A stretch of 64,000 nt of DNA from an uncultured Bdellovibrionales bacterium (GTDB lineage: Bacteria > Patescibacteriota > Minisyncoccia > Moranbacterales > GWC2-37-73), in NCBI GenBank assembly GCA_964609855.1, contig CAZSTB010000002.1, positions 15,541 to 79,540 of the forward strand. The letters run 5' to 3'. How positions within the stretch are numbered: position 1 is the stretch's first letter; each line of letters starts with the position of its first letter. Shown here one piece after another: positions 48,927 through 58,914 of the stretch. Made by a program: the position numbers and the translations under genes. Below the pieces are notes generated by a model. The model was not told the origin of the DNA and searched no databases. It saw only the letters and a program-made list of their open reading frames with translations.

Positions 48927-48934
48927 TACCACTG

Positions 48935-50635
48935 CTAAATTCCTGTTACCTCAGCGGTATCCTCCCCAATAGTTTTCTTTGCCTTGAAAATTTTCCTTGT
49001 AACTGACTCAGTGAATTGAAAAAATTCTTTCACTTCAAGATAATAACTAGCTAAGGCGAAAGCTGCCACGCCGGTAGTGCCAGCAATTAGCATCTGAGTA
49101 AGAACTTCAATAAAGGTGTCTAGTTCTCCGCTTGTGCCGACAATTTTCTTAGCAATCTGCGCTGCCAATCCTCCAATCAATGATGCGGCAATTATTCTAA
49201 TAGTTGAATCTAAAATTAATTTACCGTCGATATTTGGCAACCTGCGCCTCAGAAAGAATAAAAGCAAAAACATATTCACGATACTTGAAAGGGAAAATGC
49301 AATTGCCAGACCAAACACAGGATTCCAACTTAAAGCTAAACTACTGCCGTCTAATAAATTTTGGAAACCTAAAACGGTACCAGGCCTTAACAGTAAAATA
49401 ACAGTCGTAATATTTATGGCTTCACTGACCACAGCGATATAAAGTGGGATCTTGGTATTTTGCAAAGCATAAAAAGCACGCGTCAAAAGAGGCAGAAGTG
49501 ACTGCGCGAACAAACTTGCAACCATCAGAGCGAGCACCTGAAAAGTTAAGATAGTGTTGTCCCAATTGAATTTTCCTGATCCTAAAAACACGCGTACTGT
49601 CTGCGCGCGTAGCACGAAAAGGAATACACTGATGGGAATCACAAAGAAAAGAATTTGTCTGAAAGTCTTAGAAAATATTCTAATAAACTGATTCTCATCC
49701 TTACGCGCAGCCAGAGCACTTAATGTAGGAAATACGGCTATGGAAAAAGAAACCCCAAAAAGACCCAGTGGACCGCTTTGAATATTATTAGCAAAATTAA
49801 ATACTGCCAGACTTCCGGTTGCCAAAGTGGATGCAAAAATCGTGATAATCGTAAAGTTGATCTGACTTACGGCAATAGTGAGTGTCCGTGGAATCATCAG
49901 CCTTAAAACCTTACGAACACTCTTATTACGCCATGCTGTAAAAAACATCGGTTTAAAATGAAAACCTGAAATTTTTACCGAAGGATATTGCACCAACATA
50001 TGCAAAAATGCGCCCAACACTATTCCCCACGCCAACCCGATTGGTCCCATCGTCTTAACGAAAAATAGTGCGCCGATTATAATTCCAGCATTATAAAAAA
50101 TCGGTGCGATGGAATAAACCAGGAATTTCTTATAAGAAACTAACGCTCCCCCAAAAATACCGCTAATTCCCAGCAGGAAAGGGCTTAAAAACATGATTCT
50201 AGTCAATGTCACTGTCAGTTCAAGTTTTTCGCCGCTATATCCAGGAGTAATAAACTTCATTAAAAACGGCGCAAACACAACCAACAGCAGCGAAGCTACG
50301 CCAGTAATTAATATCTGCAGACTCAAAATTCCGGAAGAAAGATCCCAAGCCTCGTCCTCCTTTTTTTCCGCAACTAGTTGCGTGAAAACAGGAATAAAAG
50401 CTGCACTCAATGCTCCAACAATCATGAGATTATAAATCAAATCTGGAATTCTAAATGCTGCGTAATAAGCATCCAGTGTATCACCAGCCCCAAATTGTCC
50501 CGCCAGAATGCGATCGCGTAAAAGTCCCAAAAGTCTGCTTGCAACGCCAGCCAATGAAATTATGAAAGCAGCAGCTGCTACGGATTGCGTCGGCCGTTCG
50601 TTTAAAATCTTATTATTTACGAATTTCTTTATCAC
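48935..50635 (-). CDS. murJ: Lipid II flippase MurJ
   Basis: SRLLGLLRDRILAGQFGAG..DAYYAAFRIPD, AFIPVF, RAFYALQNTKIP. Confidence 0.93.
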   Translation of the reverse strand: MIKKFVNNKILNERPTQSVAAAAFIISLAGVASRLLGLLRDRILAGQFGAGDTLDAYYAAFRIPDLIYNLMIVGALSAAFIPVFTQLVAEKKEDEAWDLSSGILSLQILITGVASLLLVVFAPFLMKFITPGYSGEKLELTVTLTRIMFLSPFLLGISGIFGGALVSYKKFLVYSIAPIFYNAGIIIGALFFVKTMGPIGLAWGIVLGAFLHMLVQYPSVKISGFHFKPMFFTAWRNKSVRKVLRLMIPRTLTIAVSQINFTIITIFASTLATGSLAVFNFANNIQSGPLGLFGVSFSIAVFPTLSALAARKDENQFIRIFSKTFRQILFFVIPISVFLFVLRAQTVRVFLGSGKFNWDNTILTFQVLALMVASLFAQSLLPLLTRAFYALQNTKIPLYIAVVSEAINITTVILLLRPGTVLGFQNLLDGSSLALSWNPVFGLAIAFSLSSIVNMFLLLFFLRRRLPNIDGKLILDSTIRIIAASLIGGLAAQIAKKIVGTSGELDTFIEVLTQMLIAGTTGVAAFALASYYLEVKEFFQFTESVTRKIFKAKKTIGEDTAEVTGI

Positions 50636-50686
50636 AAATTTTTTAGTTTAAATATTACGCTATAATATCCTAGCAGCATAACCTGG

Positions 50687-53600
50687 TCAATTCTTTTCAA
50701 AGACCAGTCCAAGAAATTTATCCGTTTTCAGCTCAGTTTCCAACTTAGCTTGAAAATTTCCTGAATTGGCATTTTGAGGAAAACTCCATTTAACCTGGTA
50801 ATCAGAAGGGTATTCAACGACCGAAGAAAAAGCGCTGCCAAAACTTCCGGACTGTTTTTGAACTGCCAGTGAATATGAGTCGATCTGCTGCTTTTCACCG
50901 ATGGATACATTGAAAATCTTAAATGGCAATAAATATTTATATGTGATTGTCATACTTTCTCCAGGACTCACATAAGTCCAATTTGCAAAAACAGTTTTCT
51001 CATTTTCGTCATAAATATGAGTACCGGTTTCTTCGTCGATTATTTCAGTTTTTTCCAGCCGAACAACGTCGTCATCCCGCTTAAATCCAAGCGCGTCATA
51101 ATCTAAAGGTTGATTGTTTATTTCACGTGTCTGACCAGTTGCTTCAAGTAGTTTACTTCCCCTTGGAAGATATACTCGCATATAATTCGCATTCACTTTA
51201 TTAAACCACTCATATGGCGAATTTCCGCCATTATGCTTTCTAGTAATTTTAACTTCGTCAATCACACTTCCGTCTTCTTGAATTTTAGCAGCATGCTCAA
51301 TTCTTTCCTCAATCACAGCATCTGTCTTAAAACCGTTTATATTTGCATTTATCACGCTCAAATAATCTTTAGATGCAGGAATCACTTCTCCCGACCATCC
51401 TTGCTCTGAAATAAGTTGCTGCAGTTCAGCATTTTGAGAATAAAAAAGAATATGCTTCTCTTGTAGTCCAGATAAGAAAGCATCCGCCGTCCTGGAAATC
51501 GTGTCCAAGTTCTTATTATTTAAAAGTTTCTCTAAAATCAAGGGTGCTAAATCCGATAATATTTTCTTAGGCTTATTTTCCTGCTTATCATAATCAACCT
51601 CAACTTCATGTTGAGTGAGCTCCAAGAAATTCTCACTATCCAGCGTTACAGCATATTCCGACATTTCAATCGGTCCAGTTATCTTTAAAAGTTTTTCCAT
51701 CACAGTCGGAGTTATCGTAATGACGCCATCGGCGGTCGGGCCACCAGTTTTCTCATAAAAATAGATTGCTTTCTTTGCGGACATAGGAAAATCAGCAAAC
51801 CAATTGCTATCGTGCATACTCCAATTTGCGCTAATTTTCTGAATCGGAGCTGGTGGGACGATGCGGTCTTTTAATTGCCCATCAGGATTGAAAATTCCAT
51901 CTATAAAAAATTTCTTCACATGACCATTGGCGATATCCAAAAGTCCGTAACTGCCGATGAATCCACCTGTGGCGCGCATCTCGGAATTATTTTGAAATAA
52001 AAATAGATATTTCCTTGGTCCGTTTCCACCGAGCAAATCGACAAATATGTGATTATTACTGGAGAACAAACCAAGCATCATTCGGATTTCCGGCAATTGT
52101 TGCTTCAGCAGCAAAAATTTGTCACGTTTGTCTTCTGGCAAATCATCAATTGCAACCTTGTCGATATTTTCTTGCGCGTAATCAAGCTCAATCTTAGCAA
52201 CTGCAACATTTTTATCCACATCCTGAAAAACTTGCAGAAATGAAAGTTCCGCATCAGCTACGGGATTTTTTAATTGGGCGGACACTTTTGCGACATCACT
52301 CAGTGCTTTTCCGGCAGCTGCGAAATGTTTCCCAGCCTCAACAGCATTTTTTCCGGAAGAAATCTTTGAAGCAAACGGAACATAACGCGCAGCATCCAAA
52401 AGCACGCCGCCCATGTCATTAACCTGCTGAAAGCCGTCAGAAAAATTAGCATATGCCAAATCAAATTTCTGTGATGATTGTTCAAAATTTTGATTCGCAA
52501 TATCAGCAACAGCAGCATTTAGGTTCGAGAGTCCATCTTCACTTACACCCAGCACTCTTCCTTTCAAGCCGAATCCCTTACTTGCAAAAGAAATTCCACC
52601 AACACCCAATGATGCAACCATGGCAACAAATAAAAAGACTGCTAACGACCTCTGCAAATCAAAGCGAAATCCGAAACCTGCCCCTGAAAACATATCTTTC
52701 CAAGTAAAAAAATTATCTAATTTTTCCGTGCGCTTGCAGCCATTTTTTTTGCGCTTACTGAAAAGCAAACTTTTTTCAGGCTTTTTTTGAGCATCGGCAT
52801 TTATAGCTTTGGCATACTTTTCCGCCAAAATTCTTTCTTGCTCTCTTTGTTCTCGTTCTGCTAATACATAAGCCTCATTTTCTCTTCTTAGGCGTGCATT
52901 CTCAGTAGCCGCAATTCTCAACCTCTCTTGTTCCAGCAAAGCCTCTTTGCGTATCTGTTGCTCCCTCAAAGCCAGTTGTTGATTCTTCTCAGCAATTAAA
53001 GCTGCTTCCTTTTCCCTGTTTTCCATTTGGATTCTCTCACTTTCCAGTTGCTGCTGTTCGAAAATTCTTTGTTGACGCTCTATTAAGAGTTTGCGTTGCT
53101 GCTCTTTCTCTTGTCGCTGCAAAAAAGCAGACTGCTCAAATTGTTCTCGTTCCAATTGTAATCGCTCACCTTGAGCCCTGCGAACTAATTCCAACTCTTT
53201 TTCTTGTTTCTCAAGCAGCTTCCTTTCCTGCTCTCTTAACTGCTGAAGTTTGCGCCTTTCTGCAAGCAACAGCTCATCACGCTGTTTGTTTGCTCGCATG
53301 ATTTTTTGATTTTCCAATTGTTGCTGCTCAAGAACCCGCTTTTGATTTTCAATTAAAAGCTTATGCTCATCATCTCTCTGCCTGCGCTGCATCTCCCTAG
53401 CTTCACCTCTCTTACGAAAATCATTTAACAATTGAGCTTCTTGTATGTGCCGATAATTTGATTGTGCAGCGGGCTGAAAGTAATCATCATCATTTATATC
53501 AAAGATATCTTCCGGCATAATCGGCATCCTTTCATTTTCAGGCAGGTCGTAGTCAGCAGCAAAGGTACTGATCTTTCCACTATGATCAGCCTCGCAAAAA

Positions 53601-53728
53601 TTTTCCTCATAGCAGTGACTTTCTGAATTCTCCAGCCCAATAGCATTAATTTTTTTCCAATCTAAATCGCCCGCTTCATTCACGGGCCTCACATCAAACA
53701 TTTGAGGAATAATTTTATTTTTTGACAT
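50687..53728 (-). CDS. DUF4012-family protein with long N-terminal Q/E/R coiled coil
   Basis: LFLFQNNSEMRATGGFIGSYG, DSNWFADFP, NANINGFKTD, YMRVYLPRGS, VQKQSG. Confidence 0.82.
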   Translation of the reverse strand: MSKNKIIPQMFDVRPVNEAGDLDWKKINAIGLENSESHCYEENFCEADHSGKISTFAADYDLPENERMPIMPEDIFDINDDDYFQPAAQSNYRHIQEAQLLNDFRKRGEAREMQRRQRDDEHKLLIENQKRVLEQQQLENQKIMRANKQRDELLLAERRKLQQLREQERKLLEKQEKELELVRRAQGERLQLEREQFEQSAFLQRQEKEQQRKLLIERQQRIFEQQQLESERIQMENREKEAALIAEKNQQLALREQQIRKEALLEQERLRIAATENARLRRENEAYVLAEREQREQERILAEKYAKAINADAQKKPEKSLLFSKRKKNGCKRTEKLDNFFTWKDMFSGAGFGFRFDLQRSLAVFLFVAMVASLGVGGISFASKGFGLKGRVLGVSEDGLSNLNAAVADIANQNFEQSSQKFDLAYANFSDGFQQVNDMGGVLLDAARYVPFASKISSGKNAVEAGKHFAAAGKALSDVAKVSAQLKNPVADAELSFLQVFQDVDKNVAVAKIELDYAQENIDKVAIDDLPEDKRDKFLLLKQQLPEIRMMLGLFSSNNHIFVDLLGGNGPRKYLFLFQNNSEMRATGGFIGSYGLLDIANGHVKKFFIDGIFNPDGQLKDRIVPPAPIQKISANWSMHDSNWFADFPMSAKKAIYFYEKTGGPTADGVITITPTVMEKLLKITGPIEMSEYAVTLDSENFLELTQHEVEVDYDKQENKPKKILSDLAPLILEKLLNNKNLDTISRTADAFLSGLQEKHILFYSQNAELQQLISEQGWSGEVIPASKDYLSVINANINGFKTDAVIEERIEHAAKIQEDGSVIDEVKITRKHNGGNSPYEWFNKVNANYMRVYLPRGSKLLEATGQTREINNQPLDYDALGFKRDDDVVRLEKTEIIDEETGTHIYDENEKTVFANWTYVSPGESMTITYKYLLPFKIFNVSIGEKQQIDSYSLAVQKQSGSFGSAFSSVVEYPSDYQVKWSFPQNANSGNFQAKLETELKTDKFLGLVFEKN

Positions 53729-53784
53729 TCTTGAGAATTTACCGTTTTGGAAATTTATGAATGCAATTTTTTAATTTTTCTGAA

Positions 53785-54903
53785 CTATTCGGACAAGTAT
53801 GTATCCAGAGTCTGCTGCGCCATCTTTTCCCAACTGTATTCTTTTATTTTTTCATATCCCCGCTCAGCCAAAACAGTCGCAAGGTTCTTGTCGTTTAAAA
53901 CATTTTCAATACCATGTGACAAGCTTTCAATATTTTCCGCGTCAACCCAATGCGCAGCATCGCCTAAAATTTCTTTCATGCATGGCTTGTCCGAAGATAC
54001 TACCGGCGTGCCTTTTGCCATTGCCTCAAGCGGCGGTAATCCAAATCCCTCATATAGCGAAGGGAAAACGTATAGCGAAGCGAAGCGATAAAGAACATCG
54101 AGATCCTGATCAGTAACATAACCTAAAAAGTGCACGTTAGAAATGCCTTTTATAGATGTAAATTTTTGAAGTTTTGAATAAAAATAATCTTCCTTACCAA
54201 CTAATGCTAACTGCATATTTGGAAATTTTTCAGAAATTTTTTCAAAAGCCTCAATTAATCGCTCTAAATTTTTATGCGGATAAGCATTACCAACATAAAG
54301 TAAGTACGGTTTAATTATACCATATTTTTCTAAAACGCGCTGGGGTGAGCCGAGAGAAATTCTGCAATGTCCATCGCAAGCTTCATACGTTACCACAATT
54401 TTATTTTTCGCCTTTTCATATTCCGAAATTATATCGTTCTTGGTGAACTGAGATACGGTAATAATCTTTTGCGCTCTTGCTATCGCGCTAGCAATGGTCA
54501 GCTTATAAGCGACATATTTGAACCAATACCAAATCGGATTCAGCGTCGTACCGCGCAGTGTTGGAAAATGAACTAAAATAAGGTCGTGAATTGTCAGCAC
54601 AAATTTCTTGCGATATAAAAGCGGAACATTAAAATGAGGAAAATGCATTAAATCCAAGCCCTGTCTGGCGAGCAGTTGCGGGAAAAATATCTGTTCCGAA
54701 AAAGTGTACCAGCGATAGTCTGCCAGAACCTTAGTGAAATTTTTATTAAATGGTTGGTATTCGTCAAAATTTTCTTTACGCAAAAAAATCACATACTGAT
54801 TTTCATGGTCAATATGTTCTAAATTTTCAATAAGTTTTTGAGTATAGCGACCAAGGCCTTTCCCGATTGAACCAAAAAAACGCGCATCTATTCCAATTCT
54901 CAT
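53785..54903 (-). CDS. GT4 glycosyltransferase
   Basis: MRIGIDAR, TIHDL, YPHKN, PSLYEGFGLPPLEAM. Confidence 0.93.
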   Translation of the reverse strand: MRIGIDARFFGSIGKGLGRYTQKLIENLEHIDHENQYVIFLRKENFDEYQPFNKNFTKVLADYRWYTFSEQIFFPQLLARQGLDLMHFPHFNVPLLYRKKFVLTIHDLILVHFPTLRGTTLNPIWYWFKYVAYKLTIASAIARAQKIITVSQFTKNDIISEYEKAKNKIVVTYEACDGHCRISLGSPQRVLEKYGIIKPYLLYVGNAYPHKNLERLIEAFEKISEKFPNMQLALVGKEDYFYSKLQKFTSIKGISNVHFLGYVTDQDLDVLYRFASLYVFPSLYEGFGLPPLEAMAKGTPVVSSDKPCMKEILGDAAHWVDAENIESLSHGIENVLNDKNLATVLAERGYEKIKEYSWEKMAQQTLDTYLSE

Positions 54904-55080
54904 ATATCTGCTAGAAAGAATAAAACCAATATTAATCACTATTAAATTTTAACATTATTTCGGTAGAAAAAAAAGTACCCAAGCGCTTAATCTGCAAGCA
55001 TTGTATAAAAAATGGCAATGAATTCTCATCGCCATAATTTACGCACTAAAAAAAGTGTACTGATTCTTCATTTTTATTGC

Positions 55081-56016
55081 TTAAGCAATTTTAGCCTCAA
55101 CTGCCAAGGTCGAAAGTCTCATTTCTCGATAGGAAAGGAAAAGGAATATCCCCAGTAAGATAGTTGTATTTAGTGGCGCAAACCAGAATGGATAATGTTG
55201 ACCCAGTGATTCCAAAACCATAATTGCCCCCAAAACGCCGACTGAATACATCGCACCATTTTTCAAATATGCTAACCTGGTAATGACACCCATTCCACGC
55301 AAAGTAAGCTCTCTCACAACAAATGCGCCGATTCCATTTCCTAGCAAAATCAGCGGGACGGAAACAGTAAAAGCAAATGCACCTATCACTCCGTCAATCG
55401 AGAAAGATGCGTCCAATACTTCCAGATACATAATCTTGCTCCACGCGCTCATATTGGAACTGGCAAGATTTTTTTCCTGCTCTTCCGCATTTTTTTTAAA
55501 ACCGTCAGTAATGAAAAAAGCAGTGCTTCCGATCATTGCTGAAAATGCTAGCACCGGATTTATTTTCAAAGTCACATAAACGATAGTTGTAAGAAAAATT
55601 GAAGAGATCGCATAAAACCATGCGCTGCGCCTGTGAATGAAATGCTCAACAAAAAATGCATACTTTTTCTCCTCCAAAAACAGCCAGGAAAGAAAAATAA
55701 AAAACAAGTACACACCACCACCTATCATTAAGATCGGTCTCGTCTGCTCCACATATGCCAATATTTGCGGATCATTTGAAAAAACGAATGTCCAAACCTG
55801 AGCGATCGAAAGCGCTGGATTCACCATCCACACAATCAAGAATGGCAAAATACCCCTTACTACAAAAACTGCAAAAAACATCCCCCAGAGGAGAAAAAAT
55901 TTGCGAAATTTCTCCGGCATCGTCTTGAGCACATGCGCGTTGACAATTGCATTATCAATACTGCTAATTATTTCAAAAACTATCAAGCCGAAAACTACGA
56001 TAATTGTGCTCAACAT
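55081..56016 (-). CDS. DUF475/TerC-like membrane protein
   Basis: FEIISSIDNAIVNA, YLEVLDASFSIDGVIGAFA, YLKNGAMYS. Confidence 0.85.
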   Translation of the reverse strand: MLSTIIVVFGLIVFEIISSIDNAIVNAHVLKTMPEKFRKFFLLWGMFFAVFVVRGILPFLIVWMVNPALSIAQVWTFVFSNDPQILAYVEQTRPILMIGGGVYLFFIFLSWLFLEEKKYAFFVEHFIHRRSAWFYAISSIFLTTIVYVTLKINPVLAFSAMIGSTAFFITDGFKKNAEEQEKNLASSNMSAWSKIMYLEVLDASFSIDGVIGAFAFTVSVPLILLGNGIGAFVVRELTLRGMGVITRLAYLKNGAMYSVGVLGAIMVLESLGQHYPFWFAPLNTTILLGIFLFLSYREMRLSTLAVEAKIA

Positions 56017-56097
56017 AATTTAAAATTTAGTGTTAATTATTCATCAAAACAACTTATCAAAAACTTTGACTGCATGGAACAATGAGATTCAAAATAG

Positions 56098-57252
56098 CTA
56101 AATTAATTTGGCAAATAATCCCAAGACTTCCCTGGCAGAGGTTCTCCAATTAAATCTTATTGACTGTTGCTGCGACGATTGCGAGAGTTTTTCATGCAAA
56201 CCCCGGTCAAGTAAAACCTCCTTGATGGCAAGAAACAATTCATCAGGCTTATCCGGATCAATCATTATGCCTCCCGCACCCACCACTTCTGGAAGCGAGG
56301 AACAATTTGAAGTGATCACAGGAAGTCCGCATCTCATGGCTTCAAGCACTGGAATTCCAAATCCCTCAAAAAATGAGGGGTAAACGAATAATGATGCTAA
56401 GGTATAAACTGCCGCCTTATCTTCATTGGTGATACAGCTGGTAAAGATTATATCATCAGTAAATTTAGCATCTTTCATTTCATGCAAAATTGAATCTATT
56501 TTCCAACCCCTGCCGCCAGCAATCACAAGTTTATATTTATCCAATTGAGGATTATTCAATTTTCTCAACTGATCGTAAGCCTTGACTATTGCAGGAATGT
56601 TTTTTCTGGGCTCCACTGTCCCGAGATAAAAAATAAAATTAAATGGTAAATGATAACGCTCTTTAGCATCAAGTAGTTTTGGATCATTTCGGTCTAATCT
56701 TTGCATTTCATGGGAAACTGCATTATAAACCCTTTGAATTTTATCTTCAGGAATTTTAAAATTATGCATTAAATCCTGCTTGGTCGAATCAGAAACGGAA
56801 ATTATCTGATCTGCACGTGCGCACAGCGCTCTCGGATTGATAAAGCTGTGCCAAATCCTGCGTTTTAAGGAAAAAGTTTGCTTACAAAGTTCAAATGAAA
56901 GATCGTGTATAGTTAGGACTAATTTGACATTTTTAGAGAGGGAAACAAAGTTAATATTAGGCATAAAGAAAATATCCACCCCTCCAATCATCTTATCAAC
57001 TTGTGGCCAACGAAAATACCAAAAACAAAAATTCAGCAATTTATTGGGCCAATGAAATTGTCTGACTTTAACGTTTTTAAAGTGCGAAAAAATTCGCTCA
57101 TCAAAATGAGTCTTGTTGTAAGAATTTATAAAAAGAATATACTGATTCTTTTGGTCTAATTCAAATATATTTTCTAAAAGATTGATCGTATATTCTTCCA
57201 CACCTGTTCTTTTTCCATCCGTAAGACAACGAATGTCAATTCCAATTCTCAT
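56098..57252 (-). CDS. GT4 glycosyltransferase
   Basis: MRIGID, TGVEEY, GTVEPRKN, PSFFEGFGIPVLEAM. Confidence 0.93.
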   Translation of the reverse strand: MRIGIDIRCLTDGKRTGVEEYTINLLENIFELDQKNQYILFINSYNKTHFDERIFSHFKNVKVRQFHWPNKLLNFCFWYFRWPQVDKMIGGVDIFFMPNINFVSLSKNVKLVLTIHDLSFELCKQTFSLKRRIWHSFINPRALCARADQIISVSDSTKQDLMHNFKIPEDKIQRVYNAVSHEMQRLDRNDPKLLDAKERYHLPFNFIFYLGTVEPRKNIPAIVKAYDQLRKLNNPQLDKYKLVIAGGRGWKIDSILHEMKDAKFTDDIIFTSCITNEDKAAVYTLASLFVYPSFFEGFGIPVLEAMRCGLPVITSNCSSLPEVVGAGGIMIDPDKPDELFLAIKEVLLDRGLHEKLSQSSQQQSIRFNWRTSAREVLGLFAKLI

Positions 57253-57375
57253 ATTTCTGTCATTGCAAGTTATCAATTTATTGAAAATTCAGTAGTACCA
57301 AATTCGAATTAATCTAATTTCGGCGACTTACCTTCAATCTTTACATCATACCTTAGCTTACTGATTTATGCACTA

Positions 57376-57459
57376 TTGACTTTTATGCAAAAAAACGTAT
57401 AATTTCATTCTATTGTTCTTTTTAAGTATCTTTAAATGTATTCACTTGAGCAAAGGAGG
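57376..57459 (+). promoter_or_regulatory. Promoter, boxA-like motifs and SD of orphan unit
   Basis: TTGACT-16-TATAAT; TGTTCTTTTTAA and GTATCTTTAAAT; AAGGAGGT. Confidence 0.65.
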
Positions 57460-57464
57460 TTACC

Positions 57465-57680
57465 ATGAGCAGAAAAGAGATTTTAGAAAATCTAGACGCA
57501 TACCTTTACGGCAACCGGACAATAAATTTACTCAAATTCAAAGACGGAAAATGTTTTCAAGCGGACTGCATAATTTTCGCTGAAGATGGCCCGGAAGCTA
57601 AACTTGAAGCGGTAGATGATGAACATCCTGACGGGTATTTTTTCACCATCGAAGATATAGAAGTTCTAAGGGTCTATTAA
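57465..57680 (+). CDS. Small acidic hypothetical protein (71 aa)
   Basis: Perfect SD AAGGAGGT, promoter, downstream hairpin with U-tract at 57741-57777. Confidence 0.72.
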   Translation: MSRKEILENLDAYLYGNRTINLLKFKDGKCFQADCIIFAEDGPEAKLEAVDDEHPDGYFFTIEDIEVLRVY

Positions 57681-57965
57681 ATGGCAATCAAGATGAGAGG
57701 CATTGATCAATGCGACACTTTCTAATACCAGCAATTCCCTCAGGGTTTAGTCATGCGAATTTAACTGAACCTTTTTTCAAATAAAAACTCATTTCAATAA
57801 AAACGTCATACTGCCCATATGCTCGCAGACTTTCAAAATATTAACGTTACATTCTCTAAAAAGTGATTCCTAATCAAAGGAAAAGTGGTCAGTGATGAAA
57901 TATGCCAATCAAAAATCTGTATGAATAGCAGCCTGTCTACGGCATCCAATCATAGTTGAATTAAA

Positions 57966-58028
57966 TACATCTCTATTGACATTAATTCAATATAGATGTA
58001 TAATTAAGTATTGTTGTTGTTTGAAAAT
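57966..58028 (+). promoter_or_regulatory. Perfect sigma70 promoter embedded in a 14-bp inverted repeat; boxA-like motif
   Basis: TTGACA(57976)-17-TATAAT(57999); TACATCTCTATTGA-N7-TCAATATAGATGTA; TGTTGTTTGAAAAT. Confidence 0.75.
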
Positions 58029-58112
58029 TTAGAAATGGCAGTCGTTTTCTGCTATATTTTTTTGCCATGCAGAACAACCACAGCCTCATTTGAGGCAAAA
58101 AAGGAGATCACC

Positions 58113-58901
58113 ATGAAAAAGCTTCTCGCAAGGCTGCTCATCTCCCTCACCCTCCTGACCACCACGCTACTCACAGGCTGCAGCACTTCCAGGCTGGCAG
58201 TTACGCCCGATGAGCTGACGAATTATCGGGGGTTCAGCCAGGAAGCGGTCCTGCGGAAACTCGGCGAACCCACCACGAAATCCAGCGACGGCAAAGGTGC
58301 TGAAATCTGGGAATACAAGTATGAAACCCAGAAGGGCGCAAGCACCATTATCAGGCTAACTTCAATGGGAGTCTTTGGAGGCGCAAATTCGCCGTACGTC
58401 GACATCCTGACATTCACTTTCCGCAACAAGAAAGTCATTACCGAGCCGACAATCCAGACCAATGTGATGAATGCCAGCATGCCGGGAGCAAATCTCGTCA
58501 CTTCCATGATCGGTAGCGGCGCAATTTCAACGGCAGACATGGAAAAAGCTAGGTCTATGGCGCCCGAATCTTTCTCGGCCGAGCTACCAGTCAAGAGCAG
58601 CAAAAAAATGTCGATGCCGGTTGAGACAGAGATCTTGACGGTAAGCGACACAAAGAAATTTACCAAATGCTCCGTGAAAGATGCCCGCGGTAAAATAGGC
58701 ATCAATGCGAAAAAATATGGCTTGGTTGTCGCCGATAAAGATGGGCGCATGATCCTCCTCAAGCCGGGAGGAGAAAAAATAACCACGTCTTTCAAGCAGG
58801 TGAAGAATGATGTGCTGGTTGAACTTTCAGCATCCGGCGGAGCCCTCGCCAGCACCGAACTTTCAAAAGATATCTGCAGCGTTCTCGAAACCTGCAACTA
58901 G
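58113..58901 (+). CDS. Putative lipoprotein with SmpA/OmlA(BamE)-like N-terminal domain
   Basis: AAGGAG SD; LLTGC lipobox; GFSQEAVLRKLGEP...GAEIWEY...LTFTFRNKKV pattern; GC-rich. Confidence 0.75.
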   Translation: MKKLLARLLISLTLLTTTLLTGCSTSRLAVTPDELTNYRGFSQEAVLRKLGEPTTKSSDGKGAEIWEYKYETQKGASTIIRLTSMGVFGGANSPYVDILTFTFRNKKVITEPTIQTNVMNASMPGANLVTSMIGSGAISTADMEKARSMAPESFSAELPVKSSKKMSMPVETEILTVSDTKKFTKCSVKDARGKIGINAKKYGLVVADKDGRMILLKPGGEKITTSFKQVKNDVLVELSASGGALASTELSKDICSVLETCN

Positions 58902-58914
58902 TCCCGATAACGCC

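Noticed and set aside
57681-57725. 14-codon ORF MAIKMRGIDQCDTF right after the 57465 gene
   Set aside because: Too short, with no SD or other support.
58223-58897. 224-aa antisense ORF, and similar shadows (43498-44073+, 32660-33217+, 19078-19596+, 10793-11275-)
   Set aside because: Fully overlap better-supported genes on the opposite strand, with no RBS or recognisable motifs.
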